NCBI RefSeq assembly: GCF_006345805.1
Contig: NW_021831989.1
Coordinates: forward strand, 1 to 64,000
DNA length: 64,000 nucleotides
Source of the DNA: Octopus sinensis
Lineage: Eukaryota
Reading direction: 5' to 3'
Made by a program: the position numbers and the translations under genes. The notes beneath the pieces were generated by a model that had not been told where the DNA came from, did not search any database, and saw nothing but the letters and a program-made list of their open reading frames with translations. Below are positions 41,770-54,504 of the stretch, piece by piece. Within the stretch, counting starts at the first letter, position 1; every line of letters starts with the position of its first letter.

Positions 41770-44700
41770 AATAATGAGATAAAAATGAAATGAATTTGGA
41801 TAAAAAAGAAACCATACTCGTTAAATCAAAAACTAAAATATTACGAAAGTAAAGAAAGAGCACTAATTGATTCGCTAATTTCATCAATGATCTCAGAGAG
41901 TCCATTAATCTATTCAATCGGAGTTTATTAATGAACCTTTCGATCATTCTGCTCACGAATATGAGGAGGGACACACTCTTCATAGTTAGGTAACCCCGTA
42001 CTCTTCAACACAATTCCCAACTGATTCCTTGTCTTCTTCAACTTATTTTCCAATTTGCTTACTTCCTGATTAATATTAATCTTTCCCTACACATAACGTC
42101 AATTAAAGTAACCTGAACGTGCAGTGACACACTCACACCAGTCCTTATAAAACGGGCCACACAGCCCTGAGGACTGGATTCCACTGCCTTGAATGTTTCA
42201 CATCCAATAAGTGATTGGATATCCTCGCTCATCTCACTATAAAACCGCAACTTGTCTCCATCCCCACACACAGCATAAACTAGCAATTTAGCCAACAGAC
42301 ATACAATTGCCACTCCCGCGCTTAATATCACTAAAACAAGACTTGAGACTCCTAGCCGCACTTACAAACTCCAAAACACAGTCCACCTCAGTAGATACTC
42401 TCTCATTTTCCCATTTCGAATACTGAATCATCACATAAGAGGACTACATCTGAATATTCTGGATATGGAGTGACACATATGCTTGGAGGAGTATTGGGAA
42501 GAGAAGGGAGACGTTGAAAGAGTTCCTCGGCAATGAAAGGCATGAAAGGGGCAATGAGGAGGAGGGCAGTCCTAACACACAAATGCCACCCAACGAATAT
42601 TAGCAAGTCTCGGAGAACTATTATTCCTCAAATGCACTTTAATATTCTCCTGCCAATAGAGAATATACAATAACCAGGTAAACATCGCAGTACTCATTAT
42701 ACCAAAATCTATAGCAAGCATCCGTTGCTTGGGAAAAGTTATATGTGGTGAAGGCAATGTTGCATTCCCGGACTGCTATGGACAATCAATGAAGAATCCA
42801 CATGTCGAATGTTCCTCCAATCTCAGGAGTGAGGTCATTGGAGATGAAAGTGAGAGAAAGTTTGACTGCATTCCATATTTTATTACAGAAGAATCGACAT
42901 CCTTGAATTCGGGAAATATCAAGGTTAATGTCACTCCCTGCATTGAGTGACTACCACTAACCCTGTTGAGTGTATGCACAGAGGGCAAATCGGAGGGCGT
43001 CAGTCCCACACTCCGGAATACCATTCGGGAAACTCATCTTCTGCCCTTCCAAAGCCACGGCAATCTCACTCTCTGCCAAGTTTCCACTTTTCAGTTTATC
43101 GTTCAATTGCTGTAAAGTGGCTCCATAAATAACGTCGATTGGGTCAATGACATTTCCCAAGGACTTACTCATCTTCCTCCCTTGGGCATCCCGGATAATG
43201 GAGTGGAAATAGACATGTGTGAAGGGAAGACAGTCCAGCAGAGTTAGACTCATCATGACCATCCTGGCCACCCAAAAGAAGAGAATGTCACTCCCCGTCT
43301 CCAGAAGTGACGTCGGAAAGTACTTCATGTCCTCAGTCTGCTGTAGTTAATTATTCACAACCTCCTCAGGCCAACCCATCACTGAGAACGGAAACAAAGC
43401 AGATGAAAACCACGTGTCTAGAACGTCCACATCTAAATTAATGTTATTTCTTGCCAACCCCTGGTTAATGTTATTTCTGTGAGTGAGGGATACAGCGAGT
43501 GTGCTTTCGCCAGTGCCTCGCTTTCAGTCCTGCCGACCACCCAACACTCGGATGTGTTAATTCGATAGGCAGGAATTTGATGTCCCCACCACAACTGTCG
43601 AGAAATACACCAATCTCGGCCAGAACTAAGCCAATGTCGCCACGTCTCGTTTAGTTGTGATGGGATTATTACGAGTGACCCATCATCCACTGCCTACCCT
43701 TAGGGAAACCGACTACCTGTATAGCCCTCTGTGACATACTACCACAGTCAACAAACCACTGAGGCAAGAGCAGTGGCTCGATCACGTCATTAGAACGACT
43801 ACAACGAGGAATAGCCATGACATGTGACTGCTCGGAGACATACAAACCCATCTCTTTCAGTTCCAACAACACTTTCTTCCTCGCATGAAAACGAGGTAAT
43901 CCCTACAAATTAATATTTCACTGGCTACTGAAAAAGCTCCACATTCTCCACACATCTTGCCCTCTTTGTCAATCACAGTAAGAAGGGGCAGTCCATGTCG
44001 TTCGCCCACTAAAAAGTCCTTTTCGTCGTGGCCAGGCGTTATTTTAACACAGCCAGTCCCGAACTCATGTCGACGAAGGAATCACCAATCACGGGGATTC
44101 TTCTGTCCACGAGTCTGTTCACCACATACTTCCCCACCAAATGAGCATATCGACTATCATCCGGGTGGACGGCCACTGCAGTATCCCCCAGCATTGTCTC
44201 AGGCCTGGTGGTCGCCACAGTCAAAGTCTCGTCAGAATTCTCCACGGGGTATTTAAAGAGGTAGATCACTCCAAACGGCACTTTTGCCTCATAGCCCGGC
44301 ACAGTCAAATATGTCTTGCCAGACAATTCCAGTTTATCCACTTCCACGTCAGAAATGGCGGATCCGAGGGCACAAGACCAATTCACCAGTCTGCTCTTCC
44401 GGTAGATGAGTCCCATGTCATACAACCTCACAAACGCCTCCACAACAGCACGGGATGATTTCTACATTTAATAATCACTAAACTTGACTCATAGTGAAAC
44501 ACTCCCTGTCCCAGTCTACTGATATTCCTGCCTTCTTGAATTGACTATAAATAGTGTTCCCCTTCTCTTCTTTCCATTTCCACACGCGGGACAGGAATTG
44601 ATCCCTTCCCAGGTCATGTTTGGTCAGGCCTTCTTCTCGTTGGATTTTACGCTCCAGAAGTGACTGGGTTGCAATCCCTGCGTGGTCACAGCCCGGGACC

Positions 44701-45089
44701 CAGAGAGTAGCCCGTCCCCTCATTCTATTCCACCGAACAATTGCATCTTCGATGGAGACTGTCAGCATATGCCCCAAGTGGAGAGAGCCAGTCACGTTGG
44801 GCGGGGGGATTACAATCACAAACTTGTCTCCGTCATTCTATTTATGGATAGGGAGAGTTGTACGTTGTATTCGGGTTTGAAATATCCTTCTTTCACCCAC
44901 CAGTCGTACCAGCCGGCTTCAACGTATTGGGGGGAGTAGGAATCAGGTAGAGGACAAGCAGTGTCTAAATGTTGAGAGATAATTATAACTCTTTTTTCCT
45001 GCTTCAAATAGTTCGGAGGTTTGTGATTTGTTGTTCTATTTATAACTTAAATGTTTTTATACGTTTGTTGTGTTTAATTCCATATCCAT
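41770..45089 (-). CDS. VARS: Valyl-tRNA synthetase, multi-exon; 3' end approximate
   Basis: [13 protein letters not shown] (HIGH), [38 protein letters not shown] and GTDALRF. Confidence 0.95.
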
Positions 45090-45199
45090 TGAAACAAGGA
45101 TTAATCTCGTGTTAAATAATGCAATTTTATTTATTTAAAATAAACAATGATTTCAAATAATTAAAAAATTATGGAAAAGTAAAATTAAATTTAAAAAGA

Positions 45200-45850
45200 T
45201 CAATAATCTATTTACAAGGTTTTTAACTCTGGAGACCACAAATTTTTATACTAGGACCTCAATAACTCGGACCTCCCTTGTTGGATTGTGGATTTTATAA
45301 AAGGAATTTTCACGAAATGGAAGATCAAGCTGAGATTCAATCAAAAAGAGATAGGTGAAGTGAGAATGGAGAGATTTTTTATCGCCCAAATTTGTGTGCT
45401 TATGCTGGACCACCTGAGTAGAATACTGAATGTGAGATATCCGAATGTGAACAAGTCAAGTAAGAACACTCAAGTATAGTTTACAAACAACTGTTTATTC
45501 ATGGACGGGCTAAAAGTGATTGCCCAAGTTGATAAATTGGAACAAAATACTGAAAAGTCATCAACTAATCTTGCATGGTTGAGTGGACAGGAACGCTGCT
45601 TGACGGGATGGATGGTTACCTTGGAGTATTCGAAGACTAGGATAGCAGAGTTCTGAAGAATGACTCAATCTTGGATGCAGTCGGAAAGAGGATTAATAGT
45701 CTGGCAGATTCGAAAGGAAATTCTGCACATTTTTTCAAGGCTGTGAATGAGCATGCATTGTTGTTGTACAACTACATCCGGCTCATTTATATCAAATTAT
45801 GCAAATTTGACAAGGTTTTAATACACCAACAAATACACATGAAACCCCGA
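45200..45850 (+). pseudogene. Decayed R4/Dong-like RT fragment
   Basis: KWKIKL..IGEVRMER, CLFMDGLK, and FFKAVNEHAL, which matches the copy at 60527. Confidence 0.75.
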
Positions 45851-45929
45851 AACAATCATTGAGTTTATCTTCCAAGACCCTACTGAGAAAAGGATTGTTC
45901 TCTGTGGTGCATAAAAACTAACGAAAAAT

Positions 45930-46180
45930 CCTGAAAACCGTCAGATCCAAGAAAACACACATGGCCACCATCAAGCTATTCCTATGCAGAAAATTCCAAT
46001 TCACAACTCCGGAAAGCCCAAAATGCTAACCAGGTTCCATCTCTGTTCGGAAATGTACATCTACGTGTACAGAACCTGTGTAAAGCCAGTCCTCACATAT
46101 AAGAAGGCCAGTTCGAAGGAGAGTGACGACTTTATCGCACAGTTGAAAGAGCCAAGACGTCTGCATTGAAATTGCCCAGC
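45930..46180 (+). mobile_element. RTE-like post-RT fragment
   Basis: VYRTCVKPVLTY. Confidence 0.5.
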
Positions 46181-46435
46181 GGAGTACAACTTGATGGAGG
46201 CTAGAAGACTTAAAATAATCCACTGTGTTGAGTAATTATATGGGTTAGCATAGAAAGACACACTTCGATGCTTTGTTTTTATCTCCCCGTTAATGATCTT
46301 AAGTTTTTGAGTTTTCTTGAATAATGATATATTCAAAATAATTTTGTACTTTTAATTTAAATAGAATAAATCAATTTGAACAATTCATCTTTGTTGTTCA
46401 TTTTTTCTTGCTGCATTATTATTAAATAGAAGATA

Positions 46436-46820
46436 ATGGCGAAACATCACCCAGATTTAATATTTTGTCGTAAAATGCCGGGAGTGGGTAACCGCAGTGA
46501 ATTAAAATAATAGCCATTGGTCGACTGTGTGAAAAGTGTGATGGAAAATGCGTGATATGTGACTCATATGTGAAGCCATCAACATTAGTGCGAATATGTG
46601 ACGAATGCAACTATGGGAACTACCAGGGGAGATGTGTCGTCTGTGGGGGGCCCGGAATCTCGGACGCCTACTACTGCAAAGAGTGTACAATCCTGGAAAA
46701 AGATGTCTGCTGTGAGGTCTCACTTTCTAGAGAGATGGTTGCCCTAAAATTGTCAATTTGGGATGTGCCAAAACTGACCTTTTCTATGAACGGAAAAAAT
46801 ATGGTTTCCGTAAAAATTGA
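46436..46820 (+). CDS. PHF5A: PHD finger protein 5A (SF3b subunit)
   Basis: [13 protein letters not shown] through [11 protein letters not shown]; 26-nt introns at 46488-46513 and 46705-46730. Confidence 0.97.
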
Positions 46821-47206
46821 TCTCATTTTGTCTTATTTGTTCTACCATTTTTGAGAGTGTTTATATTTGATGAATGCTAGGCAAATACTTATTTCAAAAC
46901 TAATTTTTGAGCGACAATTCAAAGTCCCTTTTTAGAGTTATGTTCGCTCCCAAAACCTCACTGAAGAATGAAAATGCCACCTATTTATTTTAACGTTTTT
47001 TTATGCAGTAAGATAGAGAGGTGTGTGTCTGAAACATTTAACTTGGCTTTATTTTGTTGATTGTTCAGACAATCTATTTGATATTTTATGTGTGTGTTAA
47101 ACATATTGAAATGTCAAATCCATAATATCACAAAGGATGACCTTTTCATTGTATTAGAGTACAATGACGTACACAAGACAAAGAGGGTGTATATTAGAAA
47201 TGTAAG

Positions 47207-48142
47207 TCATGCATTGCTGGCTGTGCTTTGGTGACGGACAAGCTTAGTCCACTGATATGTCAGATCGTTGTGGAAATTCATATTCCTGAATAAAATACGG
47301 AATAGTTGTCGGAGATAAAAGTAGTCGGGGGCCTCGTCAAATCGAAGAGAACGACAGTAATTGAGATAAATCACAAATTCGTTGGGAAACCCCCGACAGA
47401 GTGACTCCACTGCCGTCGATATCTTCTTCTCTGATATCCTCTCATACTTCTGTCGCCGATTCCCAGCTCTGAGGCCTTGCCAAGGCAGGTTTCCTCTGTT
47501 GAGGTACATGAGGACGTACCCTAGGGACTCCAAATCATCCCTCCGACTCTGTTCCACCCCCAAATGAGCATTAATACTGGCATATCGAGCAGTCCCCGTC
47601 AGACTCTTGTTCTCTCTGTAGGGAATGTGGACACCCGTGGACACACTCATATACTTCTTGGCCAGACCAAAGTCGATTATGAACACTTTGTTCGAATACT
47701 TCCCCAAACCCATCAAAAAGTTGTCGGGTTTTATGTCCCTGTGAATAAAACAACGGGAATGGACAAATTGAAGTCTCTCCAACATTTGGTCAGCCAACAT
47801 CAACACACTTTTCAGTTCGAGTCTTCGATTACAGACATTAAATAATTCTTCTATTGACTGTCCCAGCAGTTCCATCACCATTATATTGTATCCGTTATGC
47901 TGGAAATATCCGCTTATTGACGGGATTCCGTGGTCTTTTTGGAGGTGTTGATAAACTTTACTCTCATATGCCAATTGCGTGTGCTCAGAACGAGAATTCT
48001 CGACTTTTACGGCCACTTCTTCGCCGTTAATAATACTCACTGCCGAATATATTTTTCCGAATGACCCACTTCCAATTTGACGGATCAGTCGGTAATAGTT
48101 TCCAACTACCACGTTTGCTAGGTTGTCTTCAATTTCTGACAT
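47207..48142 (-). CDS. CSNK1A1: Casein kinase I alpha, single exon
   Basis: 311-aa ORF with [36 protein letters not shown] and SRRDDLES. Confidence 0.95.
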   Translation of the reverse strand: MSEIEDNLANVVVGNYYRLIRQIGSGSFGKIYSAVSIINGEEVAVKVENSRSEHTQLAYESKVYQHLQKDHGIPSISGYFQHNGYNIMVMELLGQSIEELFNVCNRRLELKSVLMLADQMLERLQFVHSRCFIHRDIKPDNFLMGLGKYSNKVFIIDFGLAKKYMSVSTGVHIPYRENKSLTGTARYASINAHLGVEQSRRDDLESLGYVLMYLNRGNLPWQGLRAGNRRQKYERISEKKISTAVESLCRGFPNEFVIYLNYCRSLRFDEAPDYFYLRQLFRILFRNMNFHNDLTYQWTKLVRHQSTASNA

Positions 48143-48767
48143 TGTTCAATTGAAAGTGATTAAGGACAAAGCAACAAAAAATAACTTATTTTTTCCATTA
48201 TTTTAAATATTAAATAAACATATTAGTGAATTAATAAATAAACAACTTCCGCATAAATTACATATATTGGTTGATTTATTTTCAACAATACGGTCACCTC
48301 TGTTTCTCCCCACACGGAGACAACCTTCTTCGCAAATGCGAAAAAAATTGAACATCCTCCGAACTCTATTCGGCATATGGAAAAAGGGGTACTGGCAAAT
48401 ATCTACCGCCCTTACTTTGAACCATCTATCCTAGGGGTGCGCAAGTGCGGCCGTGAGTCGATGAATGTGCGGCCGTGGGCACAATTAGGTCATCGAGCAA
48501 CTAATCTTAAGTTCTTTGAATGAAGAAAAAAGAAAATTTAATATCAACTGGGAAAGTGAATACTTCGTAGTCTAAACAGACAACAATAGCATGCAATGCT
48601 TATTGTGCCATGAGATTGTGAAAACTATAAAACAGGACAATGCTAAACAACATTTTCAAAGACATTTAGACCACCTAGTTGTCAAGTCCAAGTTTTCAAA
48701 AGAAGATTCCGCCGAAAATTTGAAATACAAATTAAGACAACAAAAAAAATGTTTAAAAACTTTTTTT

Positions 48768-51058
48768 GGTACTTTTGTCGAAGTGGTCGCAGTTTTTTTA
48801 GAAGATAATTAAATTATTAATTTTTTTAGTGAAAAATAGATTTTAATTTATAACCCTCTATCAATAATTTAAATGGTTATTAAAAATATTTAAAAATTTA
48901 TTTAACCAATTTAGTCATTTTTAGTACGCGGCATCAAATTCCAGGACTGTAGAAGGAATTTATGTCTTTTACAATCTGTGCAAAAGATTCCTTATAGTTC
49001 TGTATTTGTTTTCGCCACATAAATTCTGAAAAAATAACTAACTAAAAAACCTGCGAAATAAGATCCCAGATGATGTCTTACAGCTCCTCTTTGAGCTTTA
49101 TTCTTGCATTTTGCACTTCCCCACATTCGTTCTACTGTCTGGTTGCACTCCCGTCGTTGGATCCACAAAGAATTTTTCTGAATATATTATATTTCCTTAC
49201 TTATGGTTAACGGTTTCGTGTGGTGTAGCCGTTTTCAACCAATGATCAGTTGAATACCCTAAATCAGCGGTTCTCAACCGTGGTCCCCGGGGACCACTAG
49301 TGTCCCCAGAAAATTTTTAGTGGTCCCCAGGAATTTTCGAAAAATAAATAATATTAAGTAAAGTTAAAACTAATTGTACAATTAGTATATATCAAAAACA
49401 TTGAAATTATCAAAGCGGTTTTCAATCGTGGTCCCCAGAAATTTTAGTGGTCCCCAGGAATTTTCGCAAAATAACAATATATTAAATTTAAAACTAATTG
49501 TACAATTAAGTATAAATCAAAAACATTGAATTAATCTGATTTGATTAGCGTGGTTTATCATTCTAGTTATGGTTAACAAGAATCGTCGTCTTTGGTCGGA
49601 TTCTTACGTACAATTTGGATTCACTAATTCATTGCCCCAAATAATGAAATAAAGGCAAAATGCATGATTTGCCATAAAATTTTGGGAAACAATTTACTGA
49701 AACCTTCTCACTTAGGCGCCACAAAGAGTCTGTACACCCAGAAAATTCCTGTTGAAGACCCAATTCCAAACTGGATCGTTCAACCTTTCTTGACCTCATT
49801 TAAAGAATATCAGGAACTCAATTTTCAGCAGAGCTTGATTGAACTTCAATGTAATCAGTCTGCTCAGATTATTTTCAAATGTACTTCATTATTAGATTTT
49901 TGGTATTCTCATTAAATAAATTACTTTTTATTGTTAGGTGTCAGATGGCAAAAGAATTTTCATTTTGAGTAAAACTGCATTGGAATCAATACTTGCATCC
50001 CCACTACTTATCACTGTGAAATGGCGATGTCGTCGTCTGACTTTTCTAAAAACAAAATATAGAAATAGACTACGGGTACAAGATGATATGCGAGTAGCTT
50101 TGTCGAACATAGAGCCTGATATAAGTAAAATTATTCTGAGCAAACAAGATCAGAAATCTCACTAAATTACTATATTAAATTTTCTGTTATTTTCATAATG
50201 TTCATGTTATTTTTATAATAAATATTCGAACATGTCTAAACCTGGCCCTGGCGAGGCCCAAAATTTTGCGCTAATACCAAAAAATGTTTATTTTATTTAA
50301 GGTGGTCCCCACAAATTTTATAGTGCAAAAAGTGGTCCCCAGTCTAAAAAAGGTTGAGAACCGCTGCCCTAAATGTTAATCAAATAATGCTAACCTTTCC
50401 AGCAGTCACTATAAATAATGCTTCCCACCTCGACATATCGAATTACTAGACTGAGGCGTCCACACAGACTTCACGTAAAAACATAGCCCAATCGACATAT
50501 GTATGTTCACCCCATTGTATTCGTGATGAAGCCATTTGAAGTATGCCTATCGTAACTCCATAAGTATATGTAGGCGATGACATCCTCAAATGGCAATCTA
50601 CAATTCTCTAACCAGGTATCTAGAATTATTTGAGAGAAATTATACCTTTTTTAATAGAACATTGGACTCTACACCAACTCTTGAGCATTTCCAATTGAGC
50701 TTCGGTCCCAAGACTAATTCCATCTGATGTCCCTTCGGACATATACGTGATTTTGAAAGGATATCCACATTTTGCAGAAATGCAACTGCATCCTCCTTAC
50801 TTATTGGGAGCTGTCGGAATTTGATGTTGCATAAGTCCACAACAGAATTTTCCATGTGACCTATAGTGCCAGTTTATATCAATATTAGGTACATGCTCGC
50901 CATAATATTAAAAAAATTAGAAAATAATTAGTAAAAAATTTAATAATATTTTAAATTATTGATAGAGCGACTTAAATAAAAATAATATATTCCACCTCAA
51001 AAATTATTAGATTTTTTAAAAGGCCTAAAAAAACTGCGACCACTTCGACAAAAGTACC
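48768..51058 (-). mobile_element. Merlin (IS1016-like) DNA transposon, internally deleted
   Basis: Perfect TIR of about 33 bp (ggtacttttgtcgaagtggtcgcag...); 8-bp TSD cttttttt at 48760-48767 and 51059-51066; ICPKGHQM, SIIYSDCWKG, TVNH and FVDPTTG..VERMWG. Confidence 0.92.
49265..50366 (+). mobile_element. Non-autonomous Buster-type hAT element
   Basis: TIR cagcggttctcaacc / ggttgagaaccgctg; TSD ccctaaat at 49257-49264 and 50367-50374; BED finger CMICHKIL and C-terminal KTKYRNRL..DMRVALS. Confidence 0.92.
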
Positions 51059-51568
51059 CTTTTTTTATTGTGGCAAATGCAAGAGTTGAAGCATCCTTTC
51101 GAGTTGCTCATATCCTTGGATCTGCTGGAACCTTTTTCAGACGGCGAACTTGTGAAAAGATGTATCATGGAATCAGTTAAATGCATTCAGCGCCGACAGT
51201 TTCATATTGCCGAGCATCTTAATCTATCACTCCTACAAAAATTAAATTCTCAAACTACGTTATTTTCACTTACCATTGATGAGTCGAATGATATATGTGA
51301 TTCTGCTCAGCTGATCATATTTATTCGTACTCTATCCTTCGATTTTGAAATACATAAGGATTTTCTATCCATGAAGTCACTACCTGGAAATGTACGGAGT
51401 CAAGATATATTTGAAATAGTTGAACAATGTTGTTTGGAATTCAAATTGGACATGACATGTCTAAGAGGAATATGCACAGATGGCGCACCAGCAATGTTGG
51501 GTAGAAAACAAGGATTTGTTGCACGCCTAACTGAATATGTCTCAGAAGAGTATAACAATAAATCAGTT

Positions 51569-52134
51569 TTTTTAAGAAAAAGAGTTCTTCAAAATAGCTA
51601 ATTAAGTGTCAGCAGTGGCTGCACCTCGGATTGCAAGCGAGTTACCTCGCAAGATTGCGATCGATATCCTCTGGTACAGCCAGCCGATTTGGCGGTGGTC
51701 CTTCGTGCACATGTGGATGCACTTCCCAATTTCGGTCAGAAGCGACACTCCGGCCGGCCCTATCACTCCACTTGTCTCCACAGCAATCGAGACAAAGTGG
51801 TAATTTGGTGGGAGAGAGGCGTATTTCTTCCGCTTCGTCTCCTCAGCCCGACGGGAAGCGAAGCCGGGGGAGGACGCAGACTGAGCAACGGTCCCGGGGG
51901 CAAAGGTGTCCGCGCAGGTAACATCCCAAACGAGACATTTCCCCGTCTTTGCACGAGCGGATACCGATGCCTCCGAAACGGAAAGGTAACATTGCGCGGG
52001 TAAGTTAGTCCCCGCCAAAGTCAACATTAAGAAGCTTCCCAACTGACTTCCAGATTACGGAGTCCAGGTCGGACAAGAGGTCTGGTTCCCGAAAGCATGG
52101 AGACGAGCGGAATAAGTAGGTTAGACGGGGGATG
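51569..52134 (-). mobile_element. CRE-like insertion within the hAT transposase
   Basis: WDVTCADTF..KKY..ETSG..WLYQRISIAILRGN; TSD aatcagtt at 51561-51568 and 52135-52142; T-run at the left end. Confidence 0.9.
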
Positions 52135-52639
52135 AATCAGTTATTGGTGTACATTGTATTATTACCAACATGCACTTTGTTCACAAATGAAAAAATTTGA
52201 AGATACACTTAATGAAGTAAAAAAAATTATTATATATATCCGAAACAATGCATTGAGACATAGACAGTTTCGTACAATTCTTTCCATTTCTGGTTGATGT
52301 ACTCACATATATCAATAATTTGAATATATCTTTGCAAGGTAAAGACCAAACAATTTGTCGAATGTATAAAAAAATTAACGATTTTATGGATACATGCCGC
52401 CTACTAAAGATTCACATAGAAAAAAATGAATTATTTCATTTTCAAAAAGTCAAAAATTTTTTAGTATTGGTTTTTCATTCAAGTTCCACACTACTCTAAG
52501 ACAAATGATCTGGGTTGTAAAAGCAACGACGGAGAAAGCTTCCCAGAGTGAGACTATGGAATCGGACTCGAGAACAACCTCTAAATCTATACCGCAAGAC
52601 ATATACAACAATCCACAAATTTTTGTAATTTTTTTATAT

Positions 52640-52810
52640 TGCTTGTTGTCTTTCAAACCTACAAATCTTGGGCCGTGGTTAAGAAAATGATTAATTTCTA
52701 AAATCGTTCTTAAATACTAAGATCTCCGAGGTATTAACCGAGATATACAACAAAACATTCAAATTAAACTCATCACTAAACGTGGATAACGGTACTAATT
52801 TCGCTGCAAA
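52640..52810 (+). mobile_element. Integrase remnant (Polinton-like)
   Basis: YKSWAVVKK...KISEVLTEIY...LNVDNGTNF. Confidence 0.45.
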
Positions 52811-52819
52811 AACCGGGCA

Positions 52820-53060
52820 AAGCTAAAGGTCCCTTGACAAATGTAAGACTCATTGTACTCATTGCAAGACATTATCACTTATAGTGTTGAATAGGATTAA
52901 ATCTGGCATTAAGAATTTTCTCTCTTGCGGTCAAAGTGGATTTAGGCAGGGAGATCTACACCTGATGTGTTCTGGGAACATCGATAGCTTTTTGCAATAC
53001 ATCGAAAGTACAAGAGGGCTACTATCACATAGAGGGATTGATCAGTTCATGTTTATTTCT
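52820..53060 (+). mobile_element. RTE-like RT fragment
   Basis: KGPLTNVR, LNRIK..LSCGQSGFRQG. Confidence 0.7.
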
Positions 53061-54504
53061 GGATACATTTTCTTTCTAAATCCCATGAAGGGATGCTTTT
53101 CAAAATGAAGAGACGTAAAAATTGAGAATGGAAATTGAAAATGAATTATTTGGGAAAACCAATTTAATGTAATTTTTATTTTTTCCGAGGATCATCAGGT
53201 AGACCAAAAAAAAATTACAACTAAATAATGTCAGATTTGAAGCGTCCAACATCCCCTTTTTATATGACATGCTTATATTTTCGACTTCTTTTTAAATAGT
53301 CAGGAAGGATTTTCGACAGAAAGATGCTAATAAAAATAATTTTTGATCAGTCTTCCTCGTTTGTCAATGAGAAGATCATTGGTGAGAATCAGATTAAAAA
53401 GATTCATATTACACGGATTCTTATGATTTTTTTACAGCCTGGCTCCACATAGTTTGGATAGAATGTCAAAGAGATGAACATCGAACACGACCCATTTGCT
53501 TATAGTATTGATGGTATGATAAATTGGAGGAAGATTCCTATCTTTATGAAAATTTTTGAAACCATTTTAAAAATAGTAATCTTTATTTTTAACACGATTA
53601 ACACCGTGTCTTGTGAAGGAAGTGTTTTATTGAAGGTAATCCCGGTTGTGGACAAGAATAACCGTTTTCAAACCATTTGGGATGATTTTGAAGTGTTTTT
53701 TGTATGTAGTAACAGAGTGTATACGATTCCAATGGGATACGTCGAAATAGGATTGAGAGCGCCAAATATAAAGAGTTCCGTCATTTCTTGTTTTTTCTTT
53801 GTTTCAAGGTGTGGGTTTTTGTTCTACGAAAATTATATTTTCGAAATGATATGCAACTACACAAAGTTGTTGTGATGGGTTTCTTTATATGATTTCTTGT
53901 ATGTAACAATTTAGATTTCACTTATATTCATAGAATGATATAACTGAATTGAGCTCTAAAAAATCCTTATTACAAAGCTGATAAACTTTCTGGTTTTGTT
54001 TTTTGAATTTTTTGGCAGCTTAGGACTTTTCAATTGAGCTTTTAAATATTTGAATAAACGTGTGCGAAAAATGAGCAATTATAAATTTAATGTAGTTAAA
54101 ATAAGTTATGAGAGTGAGATAAAAGTTAAATTTTATCATTGTCTTCAATTTCATTATCTTCCGGTAGTTGAAACAATGAAAAGAACATCAACTATAAATA
54201 ATATAAATCTTATATAAACTATTGCTAAACTTGTTATCAGGGATAAAACAATATAATATCCCAAGTCCATAATAAAAATTTAGTTATTGTATTAAATTGA
54301 TTTTTAATTTATTTCCAATTATCAACGATCATTAATGACAAATAAGGAGACAGTAAGTAAAGTCTAATTATGGAAATGTTCATTTCCTTCCTAGCATAAA
54401 AACCAGAAATAATGAAAAAATAAATAAGAAACAACAACGTGCAACAAATACGTGCAAAATCAATTACATTTTGGCGGTGTTTATTTAGGTAAATAGATAG
54501 CCAA

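Larger units (their letters stand above)
48432..52460 (+). mobile_element. GTF2IRD2/SPIN-Buster-like hAT transposase, interrupted twice, right end missing
   Basis: TIR-like taggggtgcgcaag after an nnnTAnnn site; CLLC..HF, EASFRVAHIL, IDESND, CTDGAPAM, VHCII and LNISLQGK. Confidence 0.88.

Noticed and set aside
53474-53875. Plus-strand 133-aa ORF as a gene
   Set aside because: It has no motifs and is probably the shadow of an unresolved minus-strand gene at about 53200-54450 that I could not model.
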